A stretch of DNA of 64,000 nucleotides, taken from positions 16,901 through 80,900 of the forward strand of contig CANENE010000002.1 of the NCBI GenBank assembly GCA_947428835.1. Direction: 5' to 3'. The position numbers were made by a program, and so were the translations under genes. This document shows, piece after piece, positions 1 through 9,482 of the stretch. The first letter of the stretch is position 1; every line of letters begins with the position of its first letter. Under the pieces are notes generated by a model. It searched no databases, was not told the origin of the DNA, and saw only the letters and a list, made by a program, of their open reading frames with translations. This stretch comes from an uncultured bacterium (GTDB taxonomy: Bacteria; Cyanobacteriota; Vampirovibrionia; Gastranaerophilales; Gastranaerophilaceae).

Positions 1-190
1 GGTTTTTTGCAATAAAATAAGGTACTCCCATAGGAACACCAAGGTTTTTAGCCTCGTTTGATCTGCTTACAACGCAGCCGTCGTTGTTGGATAAAACGCA
101 GACAGGTTTGTTTTTTAATTTTGGATTAAATAGTCTTTCACACGAAACAAAGAAATTATTGCAATCTACAAGGGCTATGACTTTTTTCAT
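1..190 (-). CDS. umuC: Y-family translesion DNA polymerase (UmuC-like), N-terminal fragment running off the window
   Basis: Reverse translation from ATG at 190 gives MKKVIALVDCNNFFVSCERLFNPKLKNKPVCVLSNNDGCVVSRSNEAKNLGVPMG. This matches the UmuC/ImpB N-terminus (VDxNxFYxSCE, VLSNNDGCV). It starts 2 nt after the lexA stop. Confidence 0.85.
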   Translation of the reverse strand, partial: MKKVIALVDCNNFFVSCERLFNPKLKNKPVCVLSNNDGCVVSRSNEAKNLGVPMGVPYFIAKN

Positions 191-191
191 T

Positions 192-773
192 TTAAAATTT
201 CCTTAAAATGCCTGTTGCAACGCCAAATATTTTTAAAGATTGCTTTGGCCTGAAGATGGGATAATTATCATTTTCGGCTTTAAGATAGTACCCTAAATTA
301 TCTTTTTTATAGGTTTTTAGGGTGTATTCACCGTCAAGCTCGGCTAAAACTATATCGTTTATTTTTGCTTCAGGTTGTTTTTTGACTACGACATAGTCGC
401 CTTCAAAGATACCGATATCCATCATGGAATCTCCGCTTACTTTGAAAATAAAAGCAGAGGGGGAATTTAAATTCATTATCTCATCAAAAGAAACCCTTTT
501 TTCTATCCTATCTTCTATAAAAGATGCAAAACCTGCCTTAATGGCTGTTGAACATAAGGGTGCACCTAAAAAGTTTTTGTTAATATAAAATTTATTATCA
601 ATTATTGTAATAAAATTTTTTTTAACTAAGACTTCAATATATTGCTTGATTGAATTTTTGGATTTGAAATTAAATTCATTTTTCAAAACTTCATAGCTTG
701 CAAGGGCTCTATTCGAATAGCTTTCTTTAAGTTTTTCAAAGAATATTTTTTGTTTTTTGGTCAAAGTCTCCAT
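192..773 (-). CDS. lexA: LexA-type repressor (winged-helix N-domain plus S24 peptidase C-domain)
   Basis: C-terminal GDSMMD...VVVKK Ser/Lys dyad region and an Ala-Gly cleavage-type site (IKAGF). Start trimmed to the METLTKKQ ATG at 773. Forms an operon with umuC. Confidence 0.8.
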   Translation of the reverse strand: METLTKKQKIFFEKLKESYSNRALASYEVLKNEFNFKSKNSIKQYIEVLVKKNFITIIDNKFYINKNFLGAPLCSTAIKAGFASFIEDRIEKRVSFDEIMNLNSPSAFIFKVSGDSMMDIGIFEGDYVVVKKQPEAKINDIVLAELDGEYTLKTYKKDNLGYYLKAENDNYPIFRPKQSLKIFGVATGILRKF

Positions 774-782
774 AGTTATAAT

Positions 783-800
783 TATGTACTTTTGTACATA
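783..800. promoter_or_regulatory. Candidate SOS/LexA box, perfect inverted repeat TATGTAC-TTTT-GTACATA
   Basis: 7-bp arms with a 4-nt spacer, 10 nt upstream of the lexA ATG. On the minus strand it lies between TTGACT and CATAAT hexamers. The GTAC-N4-GTAC core resembles the cyanobacterial-type LexA box. Confidence 0.5.
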
Positions 801-919
801 AAAAGTCAAGATGCTGCAAAAATTCATACTTTATTTTTATTATACTTTTGTCTATTATAAAGTTAGAGATATAGATTTATAATACTTTTATCAAGGTACT
901 GTCTTAAAAGGGAATAAAA

Positions 920-2137
920 ATGGAAAACAATGGATTAAAATTTACCAAAACAAGATTTTTTATAATCTTAATCTTGCTTTTAATTGGAATTGGGCTTTGC
1001 GTTGAATTGAGTATGATTTTTTATAAGACAAATTTTCTAGATACATATGCGGCAAGCTTTTGTTCCGTTAGTGAATTAATAGATTGTGATGGTGTTGCAA
1101 AAACAAACTATAGCTTGTCTTTCGGTGTTCCAAATGCTCTTTGGGGCTTGTTTGTATATATTATTATGCTATTTTTGCTTTTTGTAGACAGAATTCAGGC
1201 TAAATTTAAAAACACAATTTTTGATGTTTTTAAAAACCCGAGAAGCTATATTGTTACACTTGGACTTTTAACTTTTTCTTTATCAATGATACTTGCTTTT
1301 ATTTCAATATTTAAAATTCATAAAATCTGCGCTCTTTGCTTTTGCACATATTTTATAGATTTGTTTGTAGCACTCGCTGCAAAGCATAAAGGATTTTTCA
1401 TTGAAGATATTAAAACCACAATTATGGATTTTATTGATGGAGCCAAAAAATACTTTGTGCTTTTCATAATTGTCTTAGTTGCCTTTGTTTCAGCTCTTGT
1501 TTATTTTGATAAATCTGTTGTTTTTTCTCCAAAACTTAAAAAAGAAAAAGCAATGAAAGAATTTATTGATGCAAAAGTTAACAAATACGCTGTTAAAGGA
1601 AATATCCTGGGCAAAAAAGACGGACTTGTAAAAATAAGAATATATAGTGACTATAATTGTCCATTTTGCAGAGTCTTAAATATTATGGTGCACAAAGCCG
1701 TAAAAAACAAAGATGTTACAGTTGAAGAAGTCAATTTCCCTCTTGATACTACTTGTAATTTCAGAGTTGCAAGAACACTGGGCGGACACGAAGCTTCCTG
1801 TGTATATGCAAAATATGCTCTCGCTGCTAAAAAACAAGGAAAATTTTGGGGTGCAAGCAATGTCTTATTTGACAAACACCCGAAAAATTATGATGAAATG
1901 ATTGAAGAATTTGACCGTGCAAAGCTCAATCTCGATGTTCAACAACTGAATAGCGATGCAAACAGTTCTGAAATTTTAAACGAACTGAATGAAGATATCA
2001 ACTATACTGCAAATCGTGGAATAGATGGCACTCCTGCTATTGAAATTAATGATGTTTTGTATATGGGCGTGCTTCAATACGATGAGCTTGTTGAAAAAAT
2101 TGATCTTGCAATAAAAAGGGCAAAAAATGAAGGATAA
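920..2137 (+). CDS. VKOR (vitamin K epoxide reductase)-DsbA/thioredoxin-like fusion, disulfide bond formation protein
   Basis: N-terminal multi-TM domain with loop cysteines (CSVSELIDCDG) and a membrane CxxC (CALC). C-terminal thioredoxin-fold domain with CPFC. Confidence 0.8.
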   Translation: MENNGLKFTKTRFFIILILLLIGIGLCVELSMIFYKTNFLDTYAASFCSVSELIDCDGVAKTNYSLSFGVPNALWGLFVYIIMLFLLFVDRIQAKFKNTIFDVFKNPRSYIVTLGLLTFSLSMILAFISIFKIHKICALCFCTYFIDLFVALAAKHKGFFIEDIKTTIMDFIDGAKKYFVLFIIVLVAFVSALVYFDKSVVFSPKLKKEKAMKEFIDAKVNKYAVKGNILGKKDGLVKIRIYSDYNCPFCRVLNIMVHKAVKNKDVTVEEVNFPLDTTCNFRVARTLGGHEASCVYAKYALAAKKQGKFWGASNVLFDKHPKNYDEMIEEFDRAKLNLDVQQLNSDANSSEILNELNEDINYTANRGIDGTPAIEINDVLYMGVLQYDELVEKIDLAIKRAKNEG

Positions 2138-2678
2138 AATCCTGATTCATTGTTGCTGTGCCCCTTGCGCAAGCTATCCTTTGCAAAAGCTTCAACAAGA
2201 TGGATTTGAGCCTATAATTTATTTCTATAATCCCAATATTTATCCTGTTGAAGAATATAATATAAGAAAAAATGAACTTAAAAACTATGCCGGAGAACTT
2301 GGCATAGTTTTTATTGATGAAGACTATGAAAATGAAATATTTTCACAAAACATCAAAGGTTATGAAAATGAACCTGAAAAAGGTGCAAGATGCAGTATTT
2401 GTTTTTATTTGAGACTCGATAAAACCGCCAAAAAAGCGCTTGAACTTAATATAAAATATTTTACAACAACGCTTAGCGTTTCTCCTCATAAAAATTCAGC
2501 TCAGATTTTTGAGCAGGGAAGAAAAGTTCAACAAAAAATGGCAGAGAAGTTATATGATGTTGAATTTTTGGAGTATAATTTTAAGAAACAAGACGGTTTT
2601 AAAATCTCAAGACAAATTGCTAATCAAAATAATATGTATGCCCAAAAATACTGTGGCTGTAAGTATTCAATGAGATAA
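2127..2678 (+). CDS. queH: Epoxyqueuosine reductase QueH (DUF208)
   Basis: N-terminal LIHCCCAPCASYPL and C-terminal CGC Cys motifs typical of QueH. 183 aa. Confidence 0.85.
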   Translation: MKDKILIHCCCAPCASYPLQKLQQDGFEPIIYFYNPNIYPVEEYNIRKNELKNYAGELGIVFIDEDYENEIFSQNIKGYENEPEKGARCSICFYLRLDKTAKKALELNIKYFTTTLSVSPHKNSAQIFEQGRKVQQKMAEKLYDVEFLEYNFKKQDGFKISRQIANQNNMYAQKYCGCKYSMR

Positions 2679-2704
2679 ACCAACCTAAAAAAGCCGGGGG
2701 ATTG

Positions 2705-3517
2705 ATGAAAAAGATTATAGTTTTATTATTTTTGATGTTTATTCCATTAGCAAATGCTCAAAACTGGAATTCAACAGAAGCTTTAAACAGAGTTAACACC
2801 ATAGGAACAAAGATTTTAAAAGCAAATAATATTAATCATAAAATTCAATTTAAAGTTTCAGATACTGAAGACATCAATGCTTATGCTAATTTGGACAAAG
2901 AAATCTATGTCTATAGAGGGCTTTTGGAATACGTTACGGACGATAATGAACTTGCAGGAGTAATTTCTCATGAGATGGGCCATATCATAAACGGCCACTG
3001 TGCAAAACAAGGTGTCTTAAACACAGGTATAGCGGTTGCAGCAAGCATGGTAAATGTAAATAATACTGCAAAAGCTCTGGGTCAGCAGCTTGCAGTAAGC
3101 AAAATTTCAAGAAATGATGAGCTGGAAGCCGATATTACAGGAGCTGATTTAATGGCAAAAGCAGGATATAATCCGCTTGCTATGGTTTCTTTATTGAATA
3201 AAATTTCAGGAAACTATCTTGATATCCTCCAAAGCCATCCAACCGGCTCTAAAAGAATTTTAAATGTATATAATTATGTTGAATATAATTATCCAAACAG
3301 TCTTAAAAAAGGCTTTAATTCTGATTCATACAAAAAAGCGCTTCTGATTATAAATCCGACTGTTGAAAAAAGAAAAAATTCAAAAAGATTGCAAAATAAA
3401 TTTGAAAAAGAACAAAAGAAACTTTTAGCAAAAAAACAAAAAAGAATGATAAAAATGCAAAAAAGCAACACTGTTTGGGATGGCTACTTTACAACGCTGC
3501 AATATTTGGCCGGTTAA
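2705..3517 (+). CDS. Secreted M48-family Zn metallopeptidase
   Basis: Signal peptide followed by a HEMGHIINGH (HExxH) motif, with a Lys-rich C-terminal tail. Confidence 0.8.
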   Translation: MKKIIVLLFLMFIPLANAQNWNSTEALNRVNTIGTKILKANNINHKIQFKVSDTEDINAYANLDKEIYVYRGLLEYVTDDNELAGVISHEMGHIINGHCAKQGVLNTGIAVAASMVNVNNTAKALGQQLAVSKISRNDELEADITGADLMAKAGYNPLAMVSLLNKISGNYLDILQSHPTGSKRILNVYNYVEYNYPNSLKKGFNSDSYKKALLIINPTVEKRKNSKRLQNKFEKEQKKLLAKKQKRMIKMQKSNTVWDGYFTTLQYLAG

Positions 3518-3584
3518 AAATCGTTACAAAATGGTTATTTTGTATTGTTTAAGATAAAATAATGAATATATTCGAGGTGATAAT

Positions 3585-4922
3585 TTGCAATTTAGCTTAA
3601 GTGAAATAATAGAATGTTTGGAATGTGAAATATTATATAAAAAAGAAGGTTTTGATAAAGATTTTCTTTTTGATATTTCAACCGACACAAGAAAAATTAA
3701 ACAAAATGACTGCTATATGCCATTGAGAGGCGAAAATTTTGACGGTCATAATTTTATAGATAAAGCTATTGAAAATGGAGCAATAGGCTATTTTACGCAA
3801 GATAAATTTAAAATAAATAAAAATGCAAAATTTGTTCTTTATGTTAAAAACTCCCTAAATGCTTATTTAAGTCTTGCAAATTATATAAGAAATAAAATTA
3901 ACCCGACAGTTATTGCAATAACAGGTTCGTGCGGAAAAACTACAACAAAAGAAATGCTCTATAGTGTTTTTTCTACTGCTAAAAAAACCCATAAGACGGC
4001 GCTAAATCATAATAACGAAATCGGTCTTTGTGAAACAATGTTTCTTATGCCAACGGATACAGAAGTTTTAATAGTTGAAATGGGTATGAGAAATTTAGGA
4101 GAAATTGAGCTTCTTTCAAAATATGCAAACCCTGATATAGGAATAATATCCAATATCGGTTCTGCTCACGTTGAAAGACTTGGAACGGTCAGAAATATTG
4201 CAATTGCAAAATGTGAAATTGCGACAAACCTTAAAAAAGACGGTCTTTTTATTGGTGTAGATTGTCTAAAAATTAAAGATAATCTTAAATACGAAGGCAA
4301 AAAGACTTTTGTTAGTATCAATGATGTCAAAGATATTAAAATTGCAATTGATAGCACAAAATTCAACTATAAAGGCGAAGATTTTGAACTTAGTGTTACA
4401 GGGGAATATAATATTTCAAATGCGCTTTTGGTAATAGAGGCAGCATTAAGTCAAAATATTTCTATAGAAGATATTAAAAAAGGCTTAAAAAACTATAAGC
4501 CCATAGAAAAAAGATGGGAAAAGACTGTTATAGATGGGCTTACATTTATAAATGACAGCTATAATGCAAATCCTGAATCTATGCATGCTGTTTTAAAGGC
4601 ATTTTTGGCAGTTTATCAAAAACCTGTTGTGCTTGTGCTTGGCGATATGGGAGAGCTTGGAAAAGATGAGATTGCCTATCACAAGGAAATTGGCGAATTT
4701 TTATCCGGCTATGAAGATATAAAACTTCTTACAGTTGGAAGGCTTGCAAGCTATATTGCAAAAAATACAACTCTTGAAACCAAAGAATTCGAAAACAATT
4801 CTCAGTGTGCTGATTATATTAAAAATAATCTTGAAAAAGGTACAACAATTCTTTTGAAAGCATCAAGAAGTATGAAATTTGAAGAAATAATTGAATTTGT
4901 AAAAAAAGGTAGTAAGTTATGA
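3585..4922 (+). CDS. murF: UDP-N-acetylmuramoyl-tripeptide--D-alanyl-D-alanine ligase
   Basis: Mur ligase P-loop ITGSCGKTTTKEM. TTG start preceded by GAGGTGA. Lies in the dcw cluster. Confidence 0.9.
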   Translation: MQFSLSEIIECLECEILYKKEGFDKDFLFDISTDTRKIKQNDCYMPLRGENFDGHNFIDKAIENGAIGYFTQDKFKINKNAKFVLYVKNSLNAYLSLANYIRNKINPTVIAITGSCGKTTTKEMLYSVFSTAKKTHKTALNHNNEIGLCETMFLMPTDTEVLIVEMGMRNLGEIELLSKYANPDIGIISNIGSAHVERLGTVRNIAIAKCEIATNLKKDGLFIGVDCLKIKDNLKYEGKKTFVSINDVKDIKIAIDSTKFNYKGEDFELSVTGEYNISNALLVIEAALSQNISIEDIKKGLKNYKPIEKRWEKTVIDGLTFINDSYNANPESMHAVLKAFLAVYQKPVVLVLGDMGELGKDEIAYHKEIGEFLSGYEDIKLLTVGRLASYIAKNTTLETKEFENNSQCADYIKNNLEKGTTILLKASRSMKFEEIIEFVKKGSKL

Positions 4923-5881
4923 TAATGATGGCAACTGCGGCATTAATTGCCCTTATTTTATGTTTATTGTTGGGTATCCCATATATAGTTTTTATGAAAA
5001 AGAAGGCATATTCTCAATATTTGCGCGAAGAAGTTGCCCAAATGCATTCGTATAAAGAAAAGACACCTACAACAGGCGGTGTTTTTGTTGTGATTTCTAT
5101 TTTAATTGCATCTTTTATATCGCTATTTATGGCACAAAAGACTTCAACAAGTGCAATTATCGTTCTTATGACATTGATTTTTTATAGTTTTACAGGTTTT
5201 GAAGATGATATCAAAAAAATCAAAGCCCAGCAAAACTTGGGATTGTCTGCAAGAGCAAAACTTATGCTTCAAATAGCAGTTGCAATGCTTCCTGCTTTTT
5301 ATATTATATTTTCTAATCAAACAGAAATTTCTTTTTTAAACTTCAAATTTGACCTAGGCTGGTTTTATCCTGTTTTTGTTGTGTTTATGATGGTTGGAGC
5401 GTCAAATGCAGTTAATTTAACAGACGGGCTGGACGGTCTTGCTGCAAGTTCAAGTGTATTTGCATTTCTTGCATGCGCTGTTATTTGTTTCTTTAATGGC
5501 AATATGGATTTAGCTATTATTTCAATTGCAGCTTGCGCATCTTGCCTGGGTTTTTTATATTTTAATCATAAGCCTGCAAAAATCTTTATGGGAGATACAG
5601 GTTCACTTGCACTTGGCGGACTTCTTGCAACAATTGCGATTATGGGAAAATTTGAGCTTTGGCTTATTCCGATTGGAATTTTATTTATAGTGGAAACAGT
5701 TTCCGTTATGATACAGGTCACAAGTTTTAAAACAACCGGAAAAAGAGTATTTAAAATGACTCCTATTCACCACCATTTCGAACTTTCAGGTTGGAGTGAA
5801 AACAAGATTGTGGGAGTTTTTACTTTTATCACATTTATTTGTTCGCTAATGACAGTCGTATTATATTATTTAAAGGCATAA
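4919..5881 (+). CDS. mraY: Phospho-N-acetylmuramoyl-pentapeptide transferase
   Basis: Polytopic membrane protein with NAVNLTDGLDGLA and HHHFE motifs. Overlaps the murF stop. Confidence 0.95.
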   Translation: MIMMATAALIALILCLLLGIPYIVFMKKKAYSQYLREEVAQMHSYKEKTPTTGGVFVVISILIASFISLFMAQKTSTSAIIVLMTLIFYSFTGFEDDIKKIKAQQNLGLSARAKLMLQIAVAMLPAFYIIFSNQTEISFLNFKFDLGWFYPVFVVFMMVGASNAVNLTDGLDGLAASSSVFAFLACAVICFFNGNMDLAIISIAACASCLGFLYFNHKPAKIFMGDTGSLALGGLLATIAIMGKFELWLIPIGILFIVETVSVMIQVTSFKTTGKRVFKMTPIHHHFELSGWSENKIVGVFTFITFICSLMTVVLYYLKA

Positions 5882-5896
5882 TTGAAGGTTTTAAAA

Positions 5897-7240
5897 ATGG
5901 ACAATAGCTTAAAAGAAAAAAAAGTTTTAATATTGGGGTTTTCAACGACAGGAATTGCTGCCGCTAAATATTTTGCATCAAAGGGTGCAAATGTTTTTTT
6001 AAGTGAAAGCTGCCAAATGTCGGATAAAAACAAAGTAAAAGTAGAAGAGCTTAAAAAATTAGGTATAAAAATTGAATTTGGTTTTCACAGCGATGATTTT
6101 ATCAACAATAGTGAATTTTGCATAATATCTCCTTCTATTCCAACCGATGCTGAAATTTTAAAAAGACTGGAAGAGCAAAATGTCAAATATTTTAGCGATA
6201 TTGAATATGTTTCATTTTTTGAAAAAGATAAAATGATTCTTGTAACCGGAACTAATGGCAAAACCACAACAACAGCGCTTACAAGCCACATGTTATCCGA
6301 AAAATATTTTGCTCCCTACTGCGGCAACATTGGAATAAGTCCTTTAGAATATTTAGATAAAGGCGTTGATTATTATGTGATAGAGGCAAGCTCTTATCAA
6401 CTTAATTATTCAAACGAAATTAAGCCAAAAATTGGAATTTTTTGCAATTTGACACCTGACCATTTATTGTGGCATAAAACAATTGAAAATTATTTTGAAG
6501 CAAAAGCGAAACCATTTAGAAATATGGATGAAAATGACTATGCTATTTTAAATTACGATGATGATTGGACTAAAAAATTAGGCCAAGAAATAAAAGCAAA
6601 TGTGTATTATTTTTCGCTCAACAAACAGGATATAAAAAATTGTATTTATCTAAATAATAATAAGATTATTTTAAATGAAGTTGAAATTATTGATGTAGAC
6701 GAACTTCAAATAGTGGGCCCTCATAATATTCAAAACGCAATGTGTGCTATTTTGGCTTCTAAAATATTAAATATTGATATTGAAACTATCAAAAAAGCAC
6801 TTAGAAATTTCAGAGCAATTGAACACAGACTTGAATTTGTAAGAACTATAGATGGCACCTCTTATTATAATGATTCGAAAGGAACAAATCCTGAAGCAAG
6901 TATAGTTGCGATAAATTCTTTTATCGGCAAAAGAACAGTCCTTATAGCAGGAGGCAGAGATAAAAAAACGACTTTACAAGATTTTGTTAAAGCAGTTAAA
7001 GAAAATATCTCAAAAGTTGTTTTAATAGGAGAAGCTACAGAAAGATTTAAAAATGAACTATCCAAAGAAGGATATTTAAATATTGTTAATTCTAAAACTC
7101 TTGAAGAAGCAATAGATATAGCTTCGCTTGATAAACCGGAAATTGTTTTATTGTCGCCTGCTTGTGCAAGTTTTGATATGTTTGAAAACTACGAAAAACG
7201 TGGAGATGCCTTTAAAAACTATGTATTATCAAAGAAATAA
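5897..7240 (+). CDS. murD: UDP-N-acetylmuramoylalanine--D-glutamate ligase
   Basis: Rossmann-like N-terminus (VLILGFSTTGIAAAKYF) and Mur ligase motif VTGTNGKTTTTAL. A TTG at 5882 is an alternative start. Confidence 0.9.
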   Translation: MDNSLKEKKVLILGFSTTGIAAAKYFASKGANVFLSESCQMSDKNKVKVEELKKLGIKIEFGFHSDDFINNSEFCIISPSIPTDAEILKRLEEQNVKYFSDIEYVSFFEKDKMILVTGTNGKTTTTALTSHMLSEKYFAPYCGNIGISPLEYLDKGVDYYVIEASSYQLNYSNEIKPKIGIFCNLTPDHLLWHKTIENYFEAKAKPFRNMDENDYAILNYDDDWTKKLGQEIKANVYYFSLNKQDIKNCIYLNNNKIILNEVEIIDVDELQIVGPHNIQNAMCAILASKILNIDIETIKKALRNFRAIEHRLEFVRTIDGTSYYNDSKGTNPEASIVAINSFIGKRTVLIAGGRDKKTTLQDFVKAVKENISKVVLIGEATERFKNELSKEGYLNIVNSKTLEEAIDIASLDKPEIVLLSPACASFDMFENYEKRGDAFKNYVLSKK

Positions 7241-8366
7241 GTATACAACAAGAACAGATACTGTTTATACGCAAACACCGGCCGATAATTTGCTTGTTAT
7301 CGTAGTCGTTTTTCTTATTGTCTTTGGAATGATGGCTGTTTTTTCGGCATCTGCTCCAAAAGCTATTGGCTATGGCGAAAATCCTCTTTCATTTTTGATA
7401 AGGCAGCTTATATGGCTAGTACCAAGTTTATTCGGGGTAATATTTTTCTCAAAATTTGATTATAAAAGACTAAAACCTTTTGCAGGAATGCTTGGGCTTT
7501 TTGTTCTTGCAACTTTGCTTTTAGTACAGTTTTCGCCCTTAGGGGTAACAGTCAATGAAGCTAAAAGATGGCTTGTTTTAGGACCTTTGCAGTTTCAGCC
7601 TTCGGAACTTGCAAAACCTGCGCTTGTGTTATATTTTGCAACACTATTTTCAAAAGACTGCATTATATTGGATAACAGAAAATATCCTTTTTATTTTATA
7701 TTTGCTGCAATGCTGGGCTTAATTTACTTGCAGCCGAATTTATCTATGATAATTCTTTTACTTACAACTTCTGTTGCAATGTACTATGTTGCAGGAGGAT
7801 CGGTTAAAATTATATCCTGGCTTTTTGCGCTGGGTAGTGCAGCTGTCGCGCTTACAATAAGAGGTTATCAGTTAAAACGTATCAAAGTTTGGTGGAATCC
7901 TTTTTCTGATGCATTGGGTGCCGGCTATAACATAATTCAATCTATGGTTGCGTTTTCGTCAGGTGGCTTTTTTGGGGTCGGTTTTGGAAATTCAAAACAA
8001 AAATTATCCTGGCTTCCTGAAGGACATACAGATTTCATTTTTGCAATAATAGGTGAAGAATTTGGTTTTTTAGGGTGTTTTTTCCTTATTTGTTTGTTTG
8101 GAATATTTCTGCACAGAGGATTTTTTATTGCAAAAAAATGTCCTGATATGTTTGGAAAGATTTTAGCTGTTGGCATAACTTTTTCAATTTGTTTTCAGGC
8201 TTTTACAAATATGGCAGTTGCAAGCTCTTTTGTTCCTGCAACAGGAATTCCTTTACCTTTTATAAGCTATGGTGGCTCAAGCCTTTTTGTTTCATTATGT
8301 ATGATTGGTGTATTAATTAATATTTCTAAAAAAAGAGTACAAAGGACAATTCACTATGTCGAATAA
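7221..8366 (+). CDS. ftsW: SEDS-family peptidoglycan glycosyltransferase FtsW/SpoVE
   Basis: Polytopic protein with QPSELAKP, SGGFFGVGFGNS and PFISYGGSS motifs. Start trimmed from 7128 to avoid a 113-nt overlap with murD (7206 is also possible). Confidence 0.85.
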   Translation: MYYQRNKYTTRTDTVYTQTPADNLLVIVVVFLIVFGMMAVFSASAPKAIGYGENPLSFLIRQLIWLVPSLFGVIFFSKFDYKRLKPFAGMLGLFVLATLLLVQFSPLGVTVNEAKRWLVLGPLQFQPSELAKPALVLYFATLFSKDCIILDNRKYPFYFIFAAMLGLIYLQPNLSMIILLLTTSVAMYYVAGGSVKIISWLFALGSAAVALTIRGYQLKRIKVWWNPFSDALGAGYNIIQSMVAFSSGGFFGVGFGNSKQKLSWLPEGHTDFIFAIIGEEFGFLGCFFLICLFGIFLHRGFFIAKKCPDMFGKILAVGITFSICFQAFTNMAVASSFVPATGIPLPFISYGGSSLFVSLCMIGVLINISKKRVQRTIHYVE

Positions 8367-9474
8367 AAATAAAGTTTATTTCATAACAGGCGGCGGAACA
8401 GGCGGACACATATATCCTGCGGTTTCTGTTATCAATGGCTTGATTGAAAGCGGCGTTGATAAAAAAGATATTTATTATCTGGGAAATGAAAAAAATCTTG
8501 AATATGAAATAGCGTCTAAAAACGGGTTTCAATTTTTGAGCTACAGTGCGAAAGGAATGCCAAGAAAATTTAATTTACAATTTGTATTTTGGCTTTTTGG
8601 CTTGTTTGTTTCAACTATGAAAGCATTTATGTATGTTTTAAAATATAAGCCTGATGTTGTTTTTGCAACAGGCGGCTATGTATGTGCGCCGATATTATTT
8701 TGTGCTTTAATTTTAAAGATTCCATACGTGCTCCACGACAGCGATATTCAACCCGGAATTGTTACAAGATTTTTTGCCCGGGGGGCAAAAAGTGTCTCTG
8801 CTTCCTTCGAAGATGCGAAAAGATACATAAAATCAAAAAATGTCTTTGTAAACGGTAACCCCATAAGGCAGGAATTTAAAACTATATCTAAAAAGCAGGC
8901 AAGAGAAGAATTGTGTCTTAAAGATAGTTTTACAATCCTTATTATGGGAGGTTCATTAGGTGCCAGAAATATTAATAATTCCTCTTTTAAAATTTTAAAA
9001 GAGTATGCAAATAAGCCTGAAATTGAAATAATATGGCAGACAGGAAAAAAGAATTTTGATGATGTAACAAAAAAAATATTGGAAGAATTTAAGGTTTTGC
9101 CTGATAATCTCGTTTTGCAGCCGTATTTTGATAAGATGTATTTAGCGCTTTTAGCAAGCGATCTTGTAATTTCAAGAGCGGGCTCACTTTCGTTATCTGA
9201 AATTTGTGCTTCTTCCCTTCCTTCTATATTAATCCCATATCCTTATGCTGCAGCAGATCATCAAAAGAAAAATGCCTTAAGTATGAAAAAAAATAATATC
9301 GCGCTTATGCTTGAAGATAAAGACTGCAATAATGAAACGCTTTTTGATATGATAGATAATTTGATGAACGATAAAAAAATGCTATCGGATTTAGCTTATA
9401 ATGCATATAAGGCTGCTAAATTAAATGCTGTTGAAAAAATAGTGGAACAAATAAAAGCTGCGATAGGAAAATAA
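8356..9474 (+). CDS. murG: Undecaprenyldiphospho-muramoylpentapeptide beta-N-acetylglucosaminyltransferase
   Basis: N-terminal GGGTGGHIYPA motif and dcw context. Confidence 0.9.
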   Translation: MSNKNKVYFITGGGTGGHIYPAVSVINGLIESGVDKKDIYYLGNEKNLEYEIASKNGFQFLSYSAKGMPRKFNLQFVFWLFGLFVSTMKAFMYVLKYKPDVVFATGGYVCAPILFCALILKIPYVLHDSDIQPGIVTRFFARGAKSVSASFEDAKRYIKSKNVFVNGNPIRQEFKTISKKQAREELCLKDSFTILIMGGSLGARNINNSSFKILKEYANKPEIEIIWQTGKKNFDDVTKKILEEFKVLPDNLVLQPYFDKMYLALLASDLVISRAGSLSLSEICASSLPSILIPYPYAAADHQKKNALSMKKNNIALMLEDKDCNNETLFDMIDNLMNDKKMLSDLAYNAYKAAKLNAVEKIVEQIKAAIGK

Positions 9475-9482
9475 TATTATTT

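Noticed and set aside
7128-7220. Upstream extension of ftsW that overlaps murD by 113 nt
   Set aside because: The extension has no FtsW homology and lies within the murD coding sequence. The starts at 7206 or 7221 fit the family N-terminus.
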